Shown piece by piece: positions 62,601 through 64,000 of a DNA stretch of 64,000 nt. The stretch lies in assembly GCF_022045235.1 (NCBI RefSeq), contig NW_027266330.1:16244001-16308000 (forward strand). Reading direction: 5' to 3'. Origin of the DNA: Haliotis cracherodii (lineage: Eukaryota). Below the pieces are notes generated by a model. The model did no database searches. It was not told the origin of the DNA and was given only the letters and a program-made list of their open reading frames with translations. The translations under genes and the position numbers were made by a program. The stretch's first letter is position 1. Each line of letters begins with the position of its first letter.

Positions 62601-63544
62601 CTAAATCGGCAAGCCGAGCTTTTGGTGTTTTATGTACAAAATATTTTGATGCTGGGGGTTCTACTTATGCAATTTACACTAAATTGTATGAATCCTTGGT
62701 TCAGCCTTTTATGCATTATGGTACTTCCATCTGGGGGTTGTATGAACATAAAAAGTTAAACACTCTGCAAAACAAAGCATGTAAATTCTTCCTCGGCCTT
62801 AGACGTAATGCGTCAAATGTCGCCGCCAGGGGAGACATGGGTTGGAAATCATGTGTCACTAAGCAACGCATAGAAGTATTTCGTTTATTCTTCCGCCTTA
62901 ACAGTATGGAAATTACAAGATTGCCCCGTGTCATTCATGCTTGGTCAAGTAAAAGAGGGCGCTCATGGAAAAAGGAGGTTTACAAGCTAGCTTGAAACTT
63001 AAACGTCGTCGACTTGATCGATGTCCATTCGATGACACGTGGCCAGTTCACTCTCATTAAGCAAAAATTATTTCAATTGGATGAAACTGTTTGGTTTTCA
63101 GAGCTGTGTAATGATGCTAATAACCCTAATGGTAATAAGCTGAGGACCTATAGATTGCTTAAGAAGGATCTAGCGCCCGAGCCCTATGTCTTATCAAATT
63201 ATATCCATAGAAACACCTGAAAATATTTGGCACTTTTACGCAGTGGCAGCCTCCCCATTAACATTGAAAAAATGAGGTACAGTCGTCCCCCTGTCCCCCT
63301 TCAGGATAGAACTTGCCCTTTTTGTTTTAACTCAGTAGAGACTGAGGTCCACTTCTTAATTGATTGTTACATGTATGATGATTTACGTTATGATGTAATG
63401 AACGCTATGTGTGAATGTATGCCAGATTTTAAAAACTTATCTTCAACCGAGAAATTTATAACATTACTCAGATGTGAACACGGGTGTTACACTCTTTGTA
63501 AGCTAATTGATCAAATGTTCCAAAGACGTTTGTCACTCATTTGA
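59631..63544 (+). mobile_element. Non-LTR retrotransposon (LINE; ORF1 coiled-coil + APE endonuclease + RT + CCHC), inactivated
   Basis: ORF1 59631-~60257 (coiled coil, VIKNLP..RPGIVIV). APE motifs SGGVGFLI, CYLPP, CGDFNAR, GRSVVDY, PDHS. RT motifs KAAGID, YRGISL, QNGFR, KAFD, GLKQGCLVSPLLF, LYADD. C-terminal RTCPFC..ETEVHFLIDC. Frameshifts near 60055, 60510 and 62270 and stops near 62995 and 63220. The clade is probably RTE-X / CR1-group, but this is not resolved. Confidence 0.93.
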
Positions 63545-63646
63545 TTCTGTGTGCGCTTTTCCTCACGTATGTCATTAGGCTTGCGAATTGTAGTATTTTT
63601 TTCTTGTGATCAATGTTATACTTGTAATGCTTATGTTGAGTGTCGG

Positions 63647-63790
63647 NNNNNNNNNNNNNNNNNNNNNNNNNNNNNNNNNNNNNNNNNNNNNNNNNNNNNN
63701 NNNNNNNNNNNNNNNNNNNNNNNNNNNNNNNNNNNNNNNNNNNNNNNNNNNNNNNNNNNNNNNNNNNNNNNNNNNNNNNNNNNNNNNNNN
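63647..63790. other. Assembly gap (N run) followed by (TG)n-rich low-complexity sequence
   Basis: Run of Ns. Confidence 0.99.
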
Positions 63791-64000
63791 ACGTATGGTG
63801 TGTGTGTACTTGTGCGTGTGTGCGTGGTATGGTGTGAGGTGGGTGTGGGGGTACCTACGTGTTTGTGTATGATTGTGTGCGTGACTTTATAAGTAATTTG
63901 GCGTGTGTGTGTGTGTGTGCGTGTGCGTGTGCGTGTGCGTGCGAGCGTGCGTGTTCATAACCTAACCTTAATTTTAAACATTGTGTTAGTATATGTCTTA

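Overview
Eukaryotic genomic DNA: AT-rich, GT-AG introns, dense SINEs. It is probably a gastropod mollusc such as abalone; this is inferred from the SINE landscape and not verified. Manual exon stitching shows a previously unannotated cluster of five spliced immunoglobulin-superfamily genes at about 1-38 kb that the ORF track shows only in fragments. Three paralogues (A, D, E) encode signal peptide + 2 Ig-like domains + a multi-pass membrane domain with one helix per exon, a CD47-like 'Ig + pentaspan' architecture. D and E are complete with five helices; A shows four and its fifth exon is not found in the window. Two paralogues (B, C) are single-pass 2-Ig receptors; C ends in EPIYEEIE and B has no cytoplasmic tyrosine. 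The order is A(-) B(+) C(-) D(+) E(-), so A/B and C/D are head-to-head pairs of one pentaspan gene and one single-pass receptor gene. All modelled introns are phase 1. Downstream lie a 5-coding-exon SLC16/MCT-family transporter (48.8-55.0 kb), a decayed Crypton-like tyrosine recombinase, a Polinton/Maverick-type cysteine protease remnant, an internally deleted and frameshifted LINE, and an assembly gap. Four SINE-like families, several MITEs and two minisatellites are also present. Exon coordinates were read by hand and may be off by a few bases.
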